NCBI GenBank assembly: GCA_963676395.1
Contig: OY781066.1
Location: 96,001-160,000 of the forward strand
Origin: a bacterium
GTDB lineage: Bacteria; Fidelibacterota; Fidelibacteria; Fidelibacterales; Fidelibacteraceae
Direction: 5' to 3'
DNA length: 64,000 nucleotides
Numbering within the stretch: the first letter of the stretch is position 1; each line of letters starts with the position of its first letter. The notes under the pieces were generated by a model. That model was not told the DNA's origin. It saw nothing but the letters and a program-made list of their open reading frames with translations, and did not search any database. Positions 39,694 to 48,622 of the stretch are shown piece after piece. A program made the translations under genes and the position numbers.

Positions 39694-40521
39694 TCACAAC
39701 ATCGATTTCAACAAATTCGCTACAAATTTATAGTATTGGTCACCGACTTCGATAAATCCATCACCAAACTCAACATGCTTGCGTTCATGCCCCCAGTCGA
39801 CAAAACCACCGACCCAGTGCGGGGCCAAATCAAAGGCTAAAGCAGCTGTTTTACCTTTACCTGCTTGTCCGTAAACCAATAAAGGGATTTTTTCATGATC
39901 CATTTTTGCTTGAGTCGCACCCTTATCCACCGAAAGAATAACTTTTTGTCCGCATAAGACCAATTGTGCGTTTTCTTTTGGAATAAACTCATTATATCCA
40001 CCGATAACACCGGGTCTTTCCCATTCCAGGTCATTGCAAACGGGGTGAAATTTTTCACACGGAATCACGGCAATGCCCTGATCATAATTTCGACGATCAT
40101 CTTTAATGGAGATCATCACAGGCAATATATCTTCTATAGGTGAATTTTTATATTCAATATTGAGACCGGTAAAAGATTCCCAGCCACCGATCATCAGCAG
40201 TGCACCACCATATTTAATATAGTCTGCTATCTCCTGCAATCGATCGTCACCGATCTGTTCTCGGGGATAATCTGACAAAATAATCAGATCATAGTCCTGA
40301 ATTTTAATATTTTCGGGGAAAGTAAGAGGCGATGGAATATAATCAAAATCATAGCCTTCTTCGTGGATAATGCTTCCAAGATAAATTGCGGCTAAATCTA
40401 AGTCATCATCACCGCAAAACAGGATCTTTTTATCAGATCCTTGAATATATTTTCTTAATTCGAGGGGATTCAATGTTTCTCCAAAGAAGATGTCTGCCTT
40501 CGCCAAGGCTAAGACAGACAT
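39694..40521 (-). CDS. Class I glutamine amidotransferase-like fold protein (DUF1355-like)
   Basis: 'YDLIILSD', 'GGALLMIGGWESF', 'ILPV', 'PLLV.G..GKGK..A.A.D..PHW'; alternative TTG start at 40473 after GGAG. Confidence 0.8.
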   Translation of the reverse strand: MSVLALAKADIFFGETLNPLELRKYIQGSDKKILFCGDDDLDLAAIYLGSIIHEEGYDFDYIPSPLTFPENIKIQDYDLIILSDYPREQIGDDRLQEIADYIKYGGALLMIGGWESFTGLNIEYKNSPIEDILPVMISIKDDRRNYDQGIAVIPCEKFHPVCNDLEWERPGVIGGYNEFIPKENAQLVLCGQKVILSVDKGATQAKMDHEKIPLLVYGQAGKGKTAALAFDLAPHWVGGFVDWGHERKHVEFGDGFIEVGDQYYKFVANLLKSML

Positions 40522-40524
40522 CTT
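40487..40524. repeat. Intra-operon hairpin/repeat element overlapping the first ATG of the GATase-like gene
   Basis: AAGATGTCTG-CCTT-CGCCAAGGCT-AAGA-CAGACATCTT; 10-bp perfect outer stem. Confidence 0.7.
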
Positions 40525-40536
40525 TACCTAATAGTC

Positions 40537-41334
40537 TTAGAATAGATCCTTATAATTGTTCACCGAATAAAATCTAAATTCGATTTCGCGGAGATACTCA
40601 AAAGGACCACCCTCTTTTACGTTCTCAACAAGAGATGCAATCTGTTCCTGAGATTTATATGCGAGAATAGCATCCAGTTTTTTCTGGAATATATCTTCAT
40701 CGGCTTCGATCTTTAGGTTTGGTGCGTCTGCAAAGTCACAGTATACACCAAATTCATAAGCCATGGGAGGTTCGTGAGGTCCACCTAATTCCGGCCAGAT
40801 ATTACCACCGGCATGGAACATTGAAATAATTACTTCCTGATAGACGATCTTATGATCCGGATGAAGATCTTCACCTGTTGGTAAGAAAATACGTGTAGGT
40901 TTAACTTTACGTAAATAATATGTAAAAGCGTTCTGCAGCCCTGTGTAACCTTCAATAGCAGGATCACCGGGGTTAGCTGCGCGTCGGCCTACATAAGATG
41001 TCGTATCACAATCAGGGAAATCGGCAAAGAAAATATGATCGTCATCAAGACCCATGATCTTGAAAGAATCCACTGTTTCTTTTTGACGGACCTTACCGAT
41101 AGTTTTTTCCTGTTCCATATGACAATAGCCCATACCGCCGTCGGTCGTAACAAGGGCGTAGACGTCTACACCGGCTTCAATGGCTGAACGCATTGTTATA
41201 CCCGAACCCAATACGATATCATCATCGTGCGGTCCAATAAACAACCAGGTTTCTTTCTCTTTCCAATCAGGGAATAAACCTTTTAGTTCATCGGTGGTTT
41301 TCACGTCTTTTCCTGTGCGGCGCAAAAATTTCAT
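40537..41334 (-). CDS. PIG-L/LmbE-family N-acetylhexosamine deacetylase
   Basis: 'GPHDDD', 'TDG', 'RQKE', 'DLHPDH', 'AYKSQ'; ATG 41334 after AAGGAG. Confidence 0.9.
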   Translation of the reverse strand: MKFLRRTGKDVKTTDELKGLFPDWKEKETWLFIGPHDDDIVLGSGITMRSAIEAGVDVYALVTTDGGMGYCHMEQEKTIGKVRQKETVDSFKIMGLDDDHIFFADFPDCDTTSYVGRRAANPGDPAIEGYTGLQNAFTYYLRKVKPTRIFLPTGEDLHPDHKIVYQEVIISMFHAGGNIWPELGGPHEPPMAYEFGVYCDFADAPNLKIEADEDIFQKKLDAILAYKSQEQIASLVENVKEGGPFEYLREIEFRFYSVNNYKDLF

Positions 41335-41374
41335 GCTCGCTCCTTTTCGTTTTATGTTTGTCCAAAACTGCTTA

Positions 41375-41388
41375 GTAAAGAGGTTTAC
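41375..41388. promoter_or_regulatory. Candidate repressor operator of the amino-sugar operon
   Basis: GTAAA-GAGG-TTTAC palindrome just downstream of a minus-strand TTGAAA-N17-CAAATT promoter-like element. Confidence 0.4.
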
Positions 41389-41602
41389 CAATTGTTTTAA
41401 TTTGCAACAATTTCGTGGCTTTTTCAATTCATTTTTTATTTTTTTTAAATAAATCGTAAGAAAAATTGGATATTTCTCTAACTATCTTATTATGTGGAAG
41501 AAAGGGCGGCATCCATCCCAAACAAATAAAAATTACAAACATCAATAGAGTGAAAATCATTGATCAATTTCAAACATTCTAATAAATGATAACAAAAACA
41601 GC

Positions 41603-41631
41603 TTGCAAACACATACTTCTTGCTTTAGCTT
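41603..41631 (+). promoter_or_regulatory. Putative promoter of the helicase-rlmF cluster
   Basis: TTGCAA-N17-TAGCTT. Confidence 0.45.
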
Positions 41632-41679
41632 GCATGATTATGAACAGCTATATATATAAGGGAAATTTTTAAACATAAC

Positions 41680-43026
41680 ATGAAGACTAAAACACCATCA
41701 AATATCTCCACTACAGAAACTAAAATACATATATTAGACAAGTTTGGTATTGACTCACTTAATCCCATGCAAATAGAAGCTGATACAGCCATTCGTACTG
41801 GTTCTGATGTGATGTTACTTTCTCCCACGGGCACAGGGAAAACCCTGGCATTTCTATTGCCTCTTATTGACTCTCTTGAAAAAGATTATCATGAAATACA
41901 ATTATTAATACTTGTGCCATCGCGTGAGCTTGCCTTGCAAATTGAACAAGTTTGCAGAAATATCGGTTCAGGTTTAAAAGTCAATGCAGTTTTTGGCGGT
42001 CGTTCGCCTTCTTTAGATAAACTAGACCTAAAGCACAGACCTGCTATTCTAATTGCAACGCCCGGACGTTTTGCCGATAGGTTAAGACGTGATGACTTTC
42101 CTTTAGGCAGTATCAACACTGTAGTTTTGGATGAATTCGATAAATCTTTGGAAGTAGGTTTTGAAAAGGAAATGAAAGAGATCATAGAGGAACTTCCCTT
42201 TGTTGACCAACGAATACTCACTTCGGCAACAAGCTATGTAAAAGTTCCGGACTTTGTCGGCTTTGATGATCCTATTGTAATAAATTATTTAAATGAGGAT
42301 AAGTCAAAGCTAAAGGTTAAAACACTTCTTTCGACAGATAAAGATAAGTTAAAATCACTTCAAAAAGCGCTGGCATACATAGGTCCACAACCCGGGATCA
42401 TTTTTTCGAATCATAAAGATGCCTTAAAGCGCATCAGCGGCTTCTTGCAAGAAAATAGCATTGAGCATGAATGCTTTCACGGTGGCATGGAACAGGTCGA
42501 TCGAGAGCGTGCGTTATTAAAATTCAGGAACGGCTCTTCGCGCTTACTCTTGGCAACCGACCTTGCGGCCAGAGGATTGGATATACCTGAGATCAAATTC
42601 ATCCTACATTATCATCTTCCTCTTCACAAGAAGGAATTTACCCACAGAAACGGACGAACCGCCAGAATGGATCGCGACGGTATTGCCTATGTCTTGCATT
42701 GGCAGGAAGACAAGCTCCCCGATTTTATTCAAGAGCTCGAGCCCGAAAGCATACAAGTCGAAGACCAAGCTCCCTCTCCCCTTCCTCTTCCCCAAGAATG
42801 GAAAACGCTGTACATAAGCGGTGGAAGACGAGATAAAATATCCAAAGGTGATATTGCCGGACTTTTCTTTAAGCAAGGTGAGATCAAAAAGCATCAACTT
42901 GGACTCATTGAAGTAAAACAAACGTGCGCATACGCAGCCGTTCATACTGAAATTGCCGAAAAGCTCATAAGTAAAACCAATAATAGCCGACTTAAAAAGA
43001 AAAAGGTAAGAATTACGTTTATTTGA
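41680..43026 (+). CDS. DEAD-box RNA helicase with a DbpA-type C-terminal RNA-binding domain
   Basis: 'SPTGTGKT', 'PSRELA', 'DEFD', 'SAT', 'ARGLD', 'HRNGRTAR', 'GGRRDKISKGDIAG'. Confidence 0.92.
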   Translation: MKTKTPSNISTTETKIHILDKFGIDSLNPMQIEADTAIRTGSDVMLLSPTGTGKTLAFLLPLIDSLEKDYHEIQLLILVPSRELALQIEQVCRNIGSGLKVNAVFGGRSPSLDKLDLKHRPAILIATPGRFADRLRRDDFPLGSINTVVLDEFDKSLEVGFEKEMKEIIEELPFVDQRILTSATSYVKVPDFVGFDDPIVINYLNEDKSKLKVKTLLSTDKDKLKSLQKALAYIGPQPGIIFSNHKDALKRISGFLQENSIEHECFHGGMEQVDRERALLKFRNGSSRLLLATDLAARGLDIPEIKFILHYHLPLHKKEFTHRNGRTARMDRDGIAYVLHWQEDKLPDFIQELEPESIQVEDQAPSPLPLPQEWKTLYISGGRRDKISKGDIAGLFFKQGEIKKHQLGLIEVKQTCAYAAVHTEIAEKLISKTNNSRLKKKKVRITFI

Positions 43027-43072
43027 GGTCATATGACTGTAAATCAAATAAGCAAGTATTCTAAAAATTTAA

Positions 43073-44050
43073 ATGACCCTAGATAAAAAGCAAGACATCG
43101 ATCAGCGTCTACATCCACGCAATAGAAATCGTGAACAATATGATTTAAACGCCCTTGTCCAACACTATCCAAAATTGGAAAAATTCATCATTAAAAATAA
43201 ATTGGGCCTAAAATCACTTAATTTTTCCAATCCTAAAGCTGTCAGACTCCTCAATAAAGCCATTCTACATCATTATTATGGTATAGAGAATTGGGATTTC
43301 CCTCAAAATAACCTATGCCCGGCTATACCCGGACGCGCCGATTACATCCACTATGTTGCCGATTTACTAAGTAAAAGTAACAAAGGTGTTATTCCAAAAG
43401 GTAAAAGCATCACATGCTATGATATAGGTGTCGGGGCAAGTTGCATCTATCCGATCATCGGTGTCGTAGAATATCAATGGAAATTCATCGCCTCCGATAC
43501 TGACAGCAATTCGATCAAATCTGCCAATACCATTGCTAAATTCAATTCCAGCCTAAACAACAAAATCCGATGCCGTCACCAGAAAAATTCAACACATATT
43601 TTCAAGGGAATTATAAAAAGTGACGAATTGATTGATGTAAGCATTTGCAATCCACCTTTTCATGCCTCGGCAGAAGAAGCTCGCAAAAGCTCATATCGCA
43701 AGGTCAAAAACCTCTCCGGTTTCAATGCTAAAAAGCCACCACGTAATTTTGCAGGGATCAGCAATGAATTGATCTATGAAGGTGGAGAAATAAACTTTAT
43801 CTCCAATATGATCAGTGAATCTAAAGACTATGCAAAAAACTGCCTTTGGTTTACCACGATGGTTTCGAAACAATCCAATTTGGATGACATAAACAGAACC
43901 TTGGAAAAAGTCGGTGTCAGTAGAACAGAAACTATCGATATGGGCACCGGTAACAAAACAACACGAATCGTAGCCTGGACCTTTCTTTCGGAAAAAGAAC
44001 AAATAAGCTGGGCCAAAGAGCGTTGGAATAATAAAGCATCCGCTAAATAA
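43073..44050 (+). CDS. rlmF: 23S rRNA m6A1618 methyltransferase
   Basis: 'LHPRN', 'LCPAIPGRADYIH', 'DIGVGASCIYP', 'CNPPFH', 'EGGE..F', 'AWTF'. Confidence 0.95.
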   Translation: MTLDKKQDIDQRLHPRNRNREQYDLNALVQHYPKLEKFIIKNKLGLKSLNFSNPKAVRLLNKAILHHYYGIENWDFPQNNLCPAIPGRADYIHYVADLLSKSNKGVIPKGKSITCYDIGVGASCIYPIIGVVEYQWKFIASDTDSNSIKSANTIAKFNSSLNNKIRCRHQKNSTHIFKGIIKSDELIDVSICNPPFHASAEEARKSSYRKVKNLSGFNAKKPPRNFAGISNELIYEGGEINFISNMISESKDYAKNCLWFTTMVSKQSNLDDINRTLEKVGVSRTETIDMGTGNKTTRIVAWTFLSEKEQISWAKERWNNKASAK

Positions 44051-44061
44051 AGGATAAACAC

Positions 44062-44532
44062 ATGCCAATGAACAACAATGATATACTAAGACGAGTCCGC
44101 TATTTATTTAATTACAACGATGAAAAAATGATCTCCGTGTTTAAACTTGCGGAATACGACGTCGATAAGGCCATTCTAAGAGCCTGGCACAGGAAAAGCG
44201 ATGATCCACTACTGCTAGAAATGACAGATAAACAATTGGCTACATTCTTGAATGCCTTGATCATTGAAAAACGCGGACGAAAAGACGGTCCACTGCCCAT
44301 TGCCGAAGAAATTATAAACAATAATATCATTCTTAGAAAAATAAAGATCGCCTTGAATTTACAGGCAGAAGATATGCTTGAGATATTCAAACTCGGCGAA
44401 AAACCTATCGGTAAAGCCGAGCTCAGCTCATTCTTCCGCAAGCCAGGACATCGCTCCTATCGACCCTGTTTAGATCAGTATTTGAGAGGGTTTTTGAATG
44501 GATTGCAGAAAAGATTGACGGAGAAAGCATAA
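44062..44532 (+). CDS. DUF1456 (YehS-like) protein
   Basis: 'NNDILRRVRY', 'FLNALI..KRG', 'NNIILRKIKIAL', 'ELSSFFR...H..YR.C.DQ.LR.FL.GL'. Confidence 0.9.
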   Translation: MPMNNNDILRRVRYLFNYNDEKMISVFKLAEYDVDKAILRAWHRKSDDPLLLEMTDKQLATFLNALIIEKRGRKDGPLPIAEEIINNNIILRKIKIALNLQAEDMLEIFKLGEKPIGKAELSSFFRKPGHRSYRPCLDQYLRGFLNGLQKRLTEKA

Positions 44533-44660
44533 GCCGTGAGAAATAAGGAAATTTTTTCCTTGTGGTTAAACCCAAAAATTCTGGGAGCTTTTTTCTAAAG
44601 TCAAAACTAATATTCCCACAGAGGCATGTTAATAAATAAACTATTGGTATCGGCAATTCA

Positions 44661-44906
44661 ATGGACAATAAAAGCACGATAAGCCCCAAAAATCCGAACA
44701 ATCCCCTGCATGGGGTAAAATTGGTCAACATGCTTGAAACTCTTGTCAACTATTTCACATGGGATCAATTAGCAATGATGATCAATGTTAACTGCTTCAA
44801 ACATGATCCTTCTATAAAATCTTCTCTCAAATTCCTAAGAAAAACCCCATGGGCTAGAAAAAAAGTAGAACAACTTTATCTCGATTTGACACACAATGAG
44901 CTGTAA
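44661..44906 (+). CDS. VF530 / DUF2132 family protein
   Basis: 'NNPLHGVKL', 'CF..DPSIKSSLKFLRKTPWAR.KVE.LY'. Confidence 0.92.
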   Translation: MDNKSTISPKNPNNPLHGVKLVNMLETLVNYFTWDQLAMMINVNCFKHDPSIKSSLKFLRKTPWARKKVEQLYLDLTHNEL

Positions 44907-45006
44907 TTACTAAGCTGCGAACTGTTAATTGCTCCCTCTCCCCCTTATCTCATCTCCCTTCACATCTTTCCTGCGGAGGTACATAAAATTCTAGAATCTC
45001 CCTCTA

Positions 45007-45033
45007 TACAGACAACTCGAGAGTTGTCCCTAC
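45007..45033. repeat. REP-like palindrome
   Basis: Minus strand GTAGG-GACAACTC-TC-GAGTTGTC-TGTA (GTAG-type REP). Confidence 0.65.
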
Positions 45034-45063
45034 GATCACATTCATTTCGCATCATTCTTTAGC

Positions 45064-45092
45064 TTGCATCCCCCTCGCATTCAACTTAAATT
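45064..45092 (+). promoter_or_regulatory. Promoter for proS
   Basis: TTGCAT-N17-TAAATT. Confidence 0.6.
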
Positions 45093-45139
45093 ACAAGCTG
45101 TTAGAAATATGAATTATATATAGAATTGAAAGGACAATT

Positions 45140-46570
45140 ATGAGCAAAGGCGTTACACCTCAATCGCAAGATTACGCAAGATGGTACACGGATGTGGTCC
45201 AAAAGGCCGAACTGGCCGATTACTCCCCTGTTAAGGGTTCCATGGTCATCCGTCCCTACGGTTACGCTCTGTGGGAAAACATTAAATCCAACCTTGATCG
45301 CATGTTCAAAGAAACCGGTCACGTTAATGCCTATTTCCCCATGCTCATTCCTGAAAGTTTTCTAAAAAAAGAAGCCGATCATGTGGAAGGTTTTGCTCCG
45401 GAATTGGCTGTTGTCACTCATGGTGGCGGCAAAAAATTAGAAGAACCGCTCGTTATTCGTCCTACTTCCGAAACCATTATCTGGTCGATGTACAAAAAAT
45501 GGATCAAATCCTATCGCGATCTACCACTTCTGATCAATCAATGGGCCAATGTTGTTCGCTGGGAAATGCGTACGCGACTTTTCTTGCGTACCACAGAATT
45601 CCTATGGCAAGAAGGTCATACCGCTCACGCAACTGCAGAAGAAGCGATAGAGGAATCTCATAAAATGATTGGTGTATACAGCGATTTTGCCGAAAATTAC
45701 ATGGCAATGCCTGTGATCGTCGGTACAAAGACCGAAAATGAAAAGTTCGCCGGTGCCGTTGATACCTTTACCATCGAGGCCATGATGGGCGACAAACGTG
45801 CCTTACAGTCCGGAACATCACATTACCTTGGTCAAAACTTTGCCAAGGCTTTTGATGTAACTTTCCAAAATAAAGACAATGAGCAAGAATACGTTTTTGC
45901 CTCATCCTGGGGTGTTTCAACCCGCTTGGTCGGTGCTTTGATCATGACCCACGGTGACGACAAAGGACTTATCCTACCCCCTATGCTGGCTCCTTATCAA
46001 GTTGTGATTGTTCCTATTTATCGTGATGACGAAGCCAAAGCCAAGGTTATGCCTTATGTTAAAGAACTAACTGATTCCATGGATGCTCAAGGTATCCGTT
46101 ATCATATTGATGATCGCGAAACCTTATCACCCGGTTTTAAATTCAACGACTGGGAAATGAAAGGCGTACCGCTACGCGTTGAAGTCGGTCCTCGTGATGT
46201 AGACGGCGGCAAACTGGTCTGTGCCAAACGCCTCACCGGCGACAAAGCCATCATCACAAAAGAAGAATTCACCGAAAGTGTTAAAAGCATATTGGATGAG
46301 ATCCAAACAAGCATGCTTGAAAGCAAAAAAGCCTTCCGCGAAGAAAACACAACAGATATTACTTCTTACGATGAATTAAAAGATGCAACCAAAGATGGCG
46401 GTTTCGCACGTGCTTTCTGGGCAGGCTCGAATGATGATGAAAAACGTATTCAGGAAGAAACTAAAGCCACTATACGCTGTATCCCATTTGAACAACCCGG
46501 TACCGAAGGTGTTTGTTTTTATACCGGTGAAAAAACTACAAAACAGGTTATTTTAGCTAAATCGTATTAA
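45140..46570 (+). CDS. proS: Proline--tRNA ligase (eukaryote/archaea-like type, no INS editing domain)
   Basis: 'IRPTSET', 'QWANVVRWE', '[14 protein letters not shown]', '[10 protein letters not shown]', 'ATIRCIP', C-terminal 'AKSY'. Confidence 0.97.
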   Translation: MSKGVTPQSQDYARWYTDVVQKAELADYSPVKGSMVIRPYGYALWENIKSNLDRMFKETGHVNAYFPMLIPESFLKKEADHVEGFAPELAVVTHGGGKKLEEPLVIRPTSETIIWSMYKKWIKSYRDLPLLINQWANVVRWEMRTRLFLRTTEFLWQEGHTAHATAEEAIEESHKMIGVYSDFAENYMAMPVIVGTKTENEKFAGAVDTFTIEAMMGDKRALQSGTSHYLGQNFAKAFDVTFQNKDNEQEYVFASSWGVSTRLVGALIMTHGDDKGLILPPMLAPYQVVIVPIYRDDEAKAKVMPYVKELTDSMDAQGIRYHIDDRETLSPGFKFNDWEMKGVPLRVEVGPRDVDGGKLVCAKRLTGDKAIITKEEFTESVKSILDEIQTSMLESKKAFREENTTDITSYDELKDATKDGGFARAFWAGSNDDEKRIQEETKATIRCIPFEQPGTEGVCFYTGEKTTKQVILAKSY

Positions 46571-46678
46571 CAGAAGCCTGAAGCTATAAGTCAGAAGGCA
46601 GAATATAGAATAATGAAGGCGTGAGAAATTGCGCCTTTTCTTGTAGTAGACAGAAGACAGTAGCCAGTAGTCAGAATA
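46571..46678 (+). repeat. Two 7-bp periodic tracts flanking the proS terminator
   Basis: cagaagc ctgaagc tataagt cagaagg cagaata tagaata, then the terminator, then tagtaga cagaaga cagtagc cagtagt cagaata. Confidence 0.75.
46616..46639 (+). terminator. proS terminator
   Basis: AAGGCGTGA-GAAA-TTGCGCCTT-TT. Confidence 0.7.
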
Positions 46679-46683
46679 TGGCT

Positions 46684-46774
46684 GTCATTTCGACCGAGAG
46701 AGGAACGAACGAGTGGAGAAATCTCAGGCAAAAGACTCTCTCGTTTAAAACCTCTTGACTACGCTCGCGATGAC
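46684..46774. repeat. GTCAT...ATGAC non-autonomous palindromic repeat element (degenerate)
   Basis: Starts GTCATTTCGACCGAG...GAGTGGAGAAATCT and ends CTTGACTACGCTCGCGATGAC; terminal inverted repeats. Confidence 0.7.
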
Positions 46775-46866
46775 CCAATGCCTCTACTTTAATCTTTTTA
46801 CTTTACTTTTTTATCTTTAAATTCCTGTCGTATTGCGGACTCAATCTTAACCTTAACAATTAAAAT

Positions 46867-47610
46867 ATGCTCCAAAACACTCAAGCCTTCATCCTTAAAG
46901 TCAACCCCAAAGGGGAAAGCTCGGCTATTTTGCATTGTTATTCCAAGGATATGGGTAAGATCATCCTGATAGCAAAAGGAGCACGATCAAGCAAATCACC
47001 CTATAAAGGTCTGATAGAACCCTTTTCATTGATCAATGTTCATTTCAATGAAAAAAAGGACAGACCCTATCAATTTTTATCCCAAGCTGAATACATTGAA
47101 CCCTATACCAGAGTCAAAACCCATCCCGAAGGTGTGCTCTTTGGCTCCATCATTCTTGAGATACTTTACAAAGAACATGATAGCCACCCTAATGAGCTGA
47201 TCTACAATCTTTTACACTCGGTCATGAATGCCATCGAGCAAGGACATTCGGCGCAGGCCGCCCACTGGTATTTTATTATAAAACATCTTGAGATCGAGGG
47301 GTTAAACTTAAACACTAAGCATTGTTACCATTGCGGAGAAAATATGAAAAAAGCCTATTTTTTCCCCAGAAAAGGCTACAATCTCTGTGAGAAGTGCCGC
47401 GAAGATTTTGCATTAAATTGGGAACTAGATGAGAAACATCTTACTATATTACAGGACTTGAGTTTGCGGTCAGCCAATGACCTGCCTAAAACAATTGACA
47501 AAGATATCGACAAAGAACTGGTCAATCGCGTTTTATGGAATACATTGGCAACAAGATTTGATCATTGCCGAACACTAAAATCGGTAGAAGTACTTCGAAA
47601 AGTCCTTTAG
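46867..47610 (+). CDS. recO: DNA repair protein RecO
   Basis: 'GESSAIL...GKI..IAKGAR..KS..KG.IEPF'; Zn finger CxxC...CxxC; C-terminal 'LKS'. Confidence 0.9.
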   Translation: MLQNTQAFILKVNPKGESSAILHCYSKDMGKIILIAKGARSSKSPYKGLIEPFSLINVHFNEKKDRPYQFLSQAEYIEPYTRVKTHPEGVLFGSIILEILYKEHDSHPNELIYNLLHSVMNAIEQGHSAQAAHWYFIIKHLEIEGLNLNTKHCYHCGENMKKAYFFPRKGYNLCEKCREDFALNWELDEKHLTILQDLSLRSANDLPKTIDKDIDKELVNRVLWNTLATRFDHCRTLKSVEVLRKVL

Positions 47611-47654
47611 GGGTAAGGGACAATCAAAAATTGGGCAAGAATAAGGACAAATGA

Positions 47655-48464
47655 ATGAACCAATATAGATTCAATATGAGACGTAGATTAACTCCAGGCA
47701 TACAGGTCTTGATCATTGCTAATGCCATTATATTTTTATTAGGATGGCTTCTGCCTGAATTGAATAAGTACATGGCGATCTACGGTGGATTGGTACCAAA
47801 ATTATTCACCCAAAATTTCTTTTTATGGCAACCGTTTACCTACATGTTCTTGCATGGTAGTTTTACTCATGTACTCTTTAATATGTTTGCTTTATGGATG
47901 TTTGGTACTGAATTGGAGCAAGTTTGGGGGACTAAATTCTTCCTCAAATACTATTTTATCACCGGTATTGCCGCAGGTATTCTTTCCGCTATAGTACAAC
48001 CAAATTCGATGATCCCCATCATTGGAGCATCCGGTGCTATTTACGGACTATTGCTGGCATTTGCCCTTATGTACCCAAATCGTGTCGTTTATTTAAACTT
48101 CCTCATCCCCATCAAAGTTAAATATTTCGTTATGATATTTACAGCAATTGAACTTTTTGCCACCATTGGTCAAAGTGGTGATGGTGTGGCACACTTCACT
48201 CACCTATCCGGTATGATCTTTGGTTATCTTTACCTTCTCTGGCGCGACCGCCGAAGAAAAAAGGGTCCGGCAAAAAAGATCAAAATCATATGGAATTCAA
48301 AAAACAAAGACGTCAACAAGAAAAAAGATAAACCAAAAGTTTATCGCAACGAAAATGAAGAGCTTAAATCACTTCTCAATCGTATCAATACGGATGGTTA
48401 CGCATCATTAAGCGAAAATGAGAAAGAGCGCTTATTGGATTTAACGGATAAATACAAATCGTAA
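47655..48464 (+). CDS. Rhomboid intramembrane serine protease
   Basis: 'WQPFTYMFLH', 'HVLFNM', 'GASGA', 'AHFTHL.G'; C-terminal 'GY.SLS..EK..L'. Confidence 0.93.
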   Translation: MNQYRFNMRRRLTPGIQVLIIANAIIFLLGWLLPELNKYMAIYGGLVPKLFTQNFFLWQPFTYMFLHGSFTHVLFNMFALWMFGTELEQVWGTKFFLKYYFITGIAAGILSAIVQPNSMIPIIGASGAIYGLLLAFALMYPNRVVYLNFLIPIKVKYFVMIFTAIELFATIGQSGDGVAHFTHLSGMIFGYLYLLWRDRRRKKGPAKKIKIIWNSKNKDVNKKKDKPKVYRNENEELKSLLNRINTDGYASLSENEKERLLDLTDKYKS

Positions 48465-48622
48465 TACAATTTATTATTAATTAATTCAGAAATATTGGGA
48501 ACGACCACGACCCTTTCTTACATTGTTTATGAAACCCATAAACCTTTATTTTTTAACAATTTCCCTTTTATTATTCTTTTTTCTCAATTAATTTATTTCA
48601 CTGAAAATTATTAAGGATTATC

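Noticed and set aside
45140..46570. Eukaryote/archaea-type ProRS as evidence of recent transfer
   Set aside because: This type is widespread in FCB and other bacteria
46571..46780. CRISPR array
   Set aside because: Repeats are 7-bp degenerate units without unique spacers; no cas genes in the window
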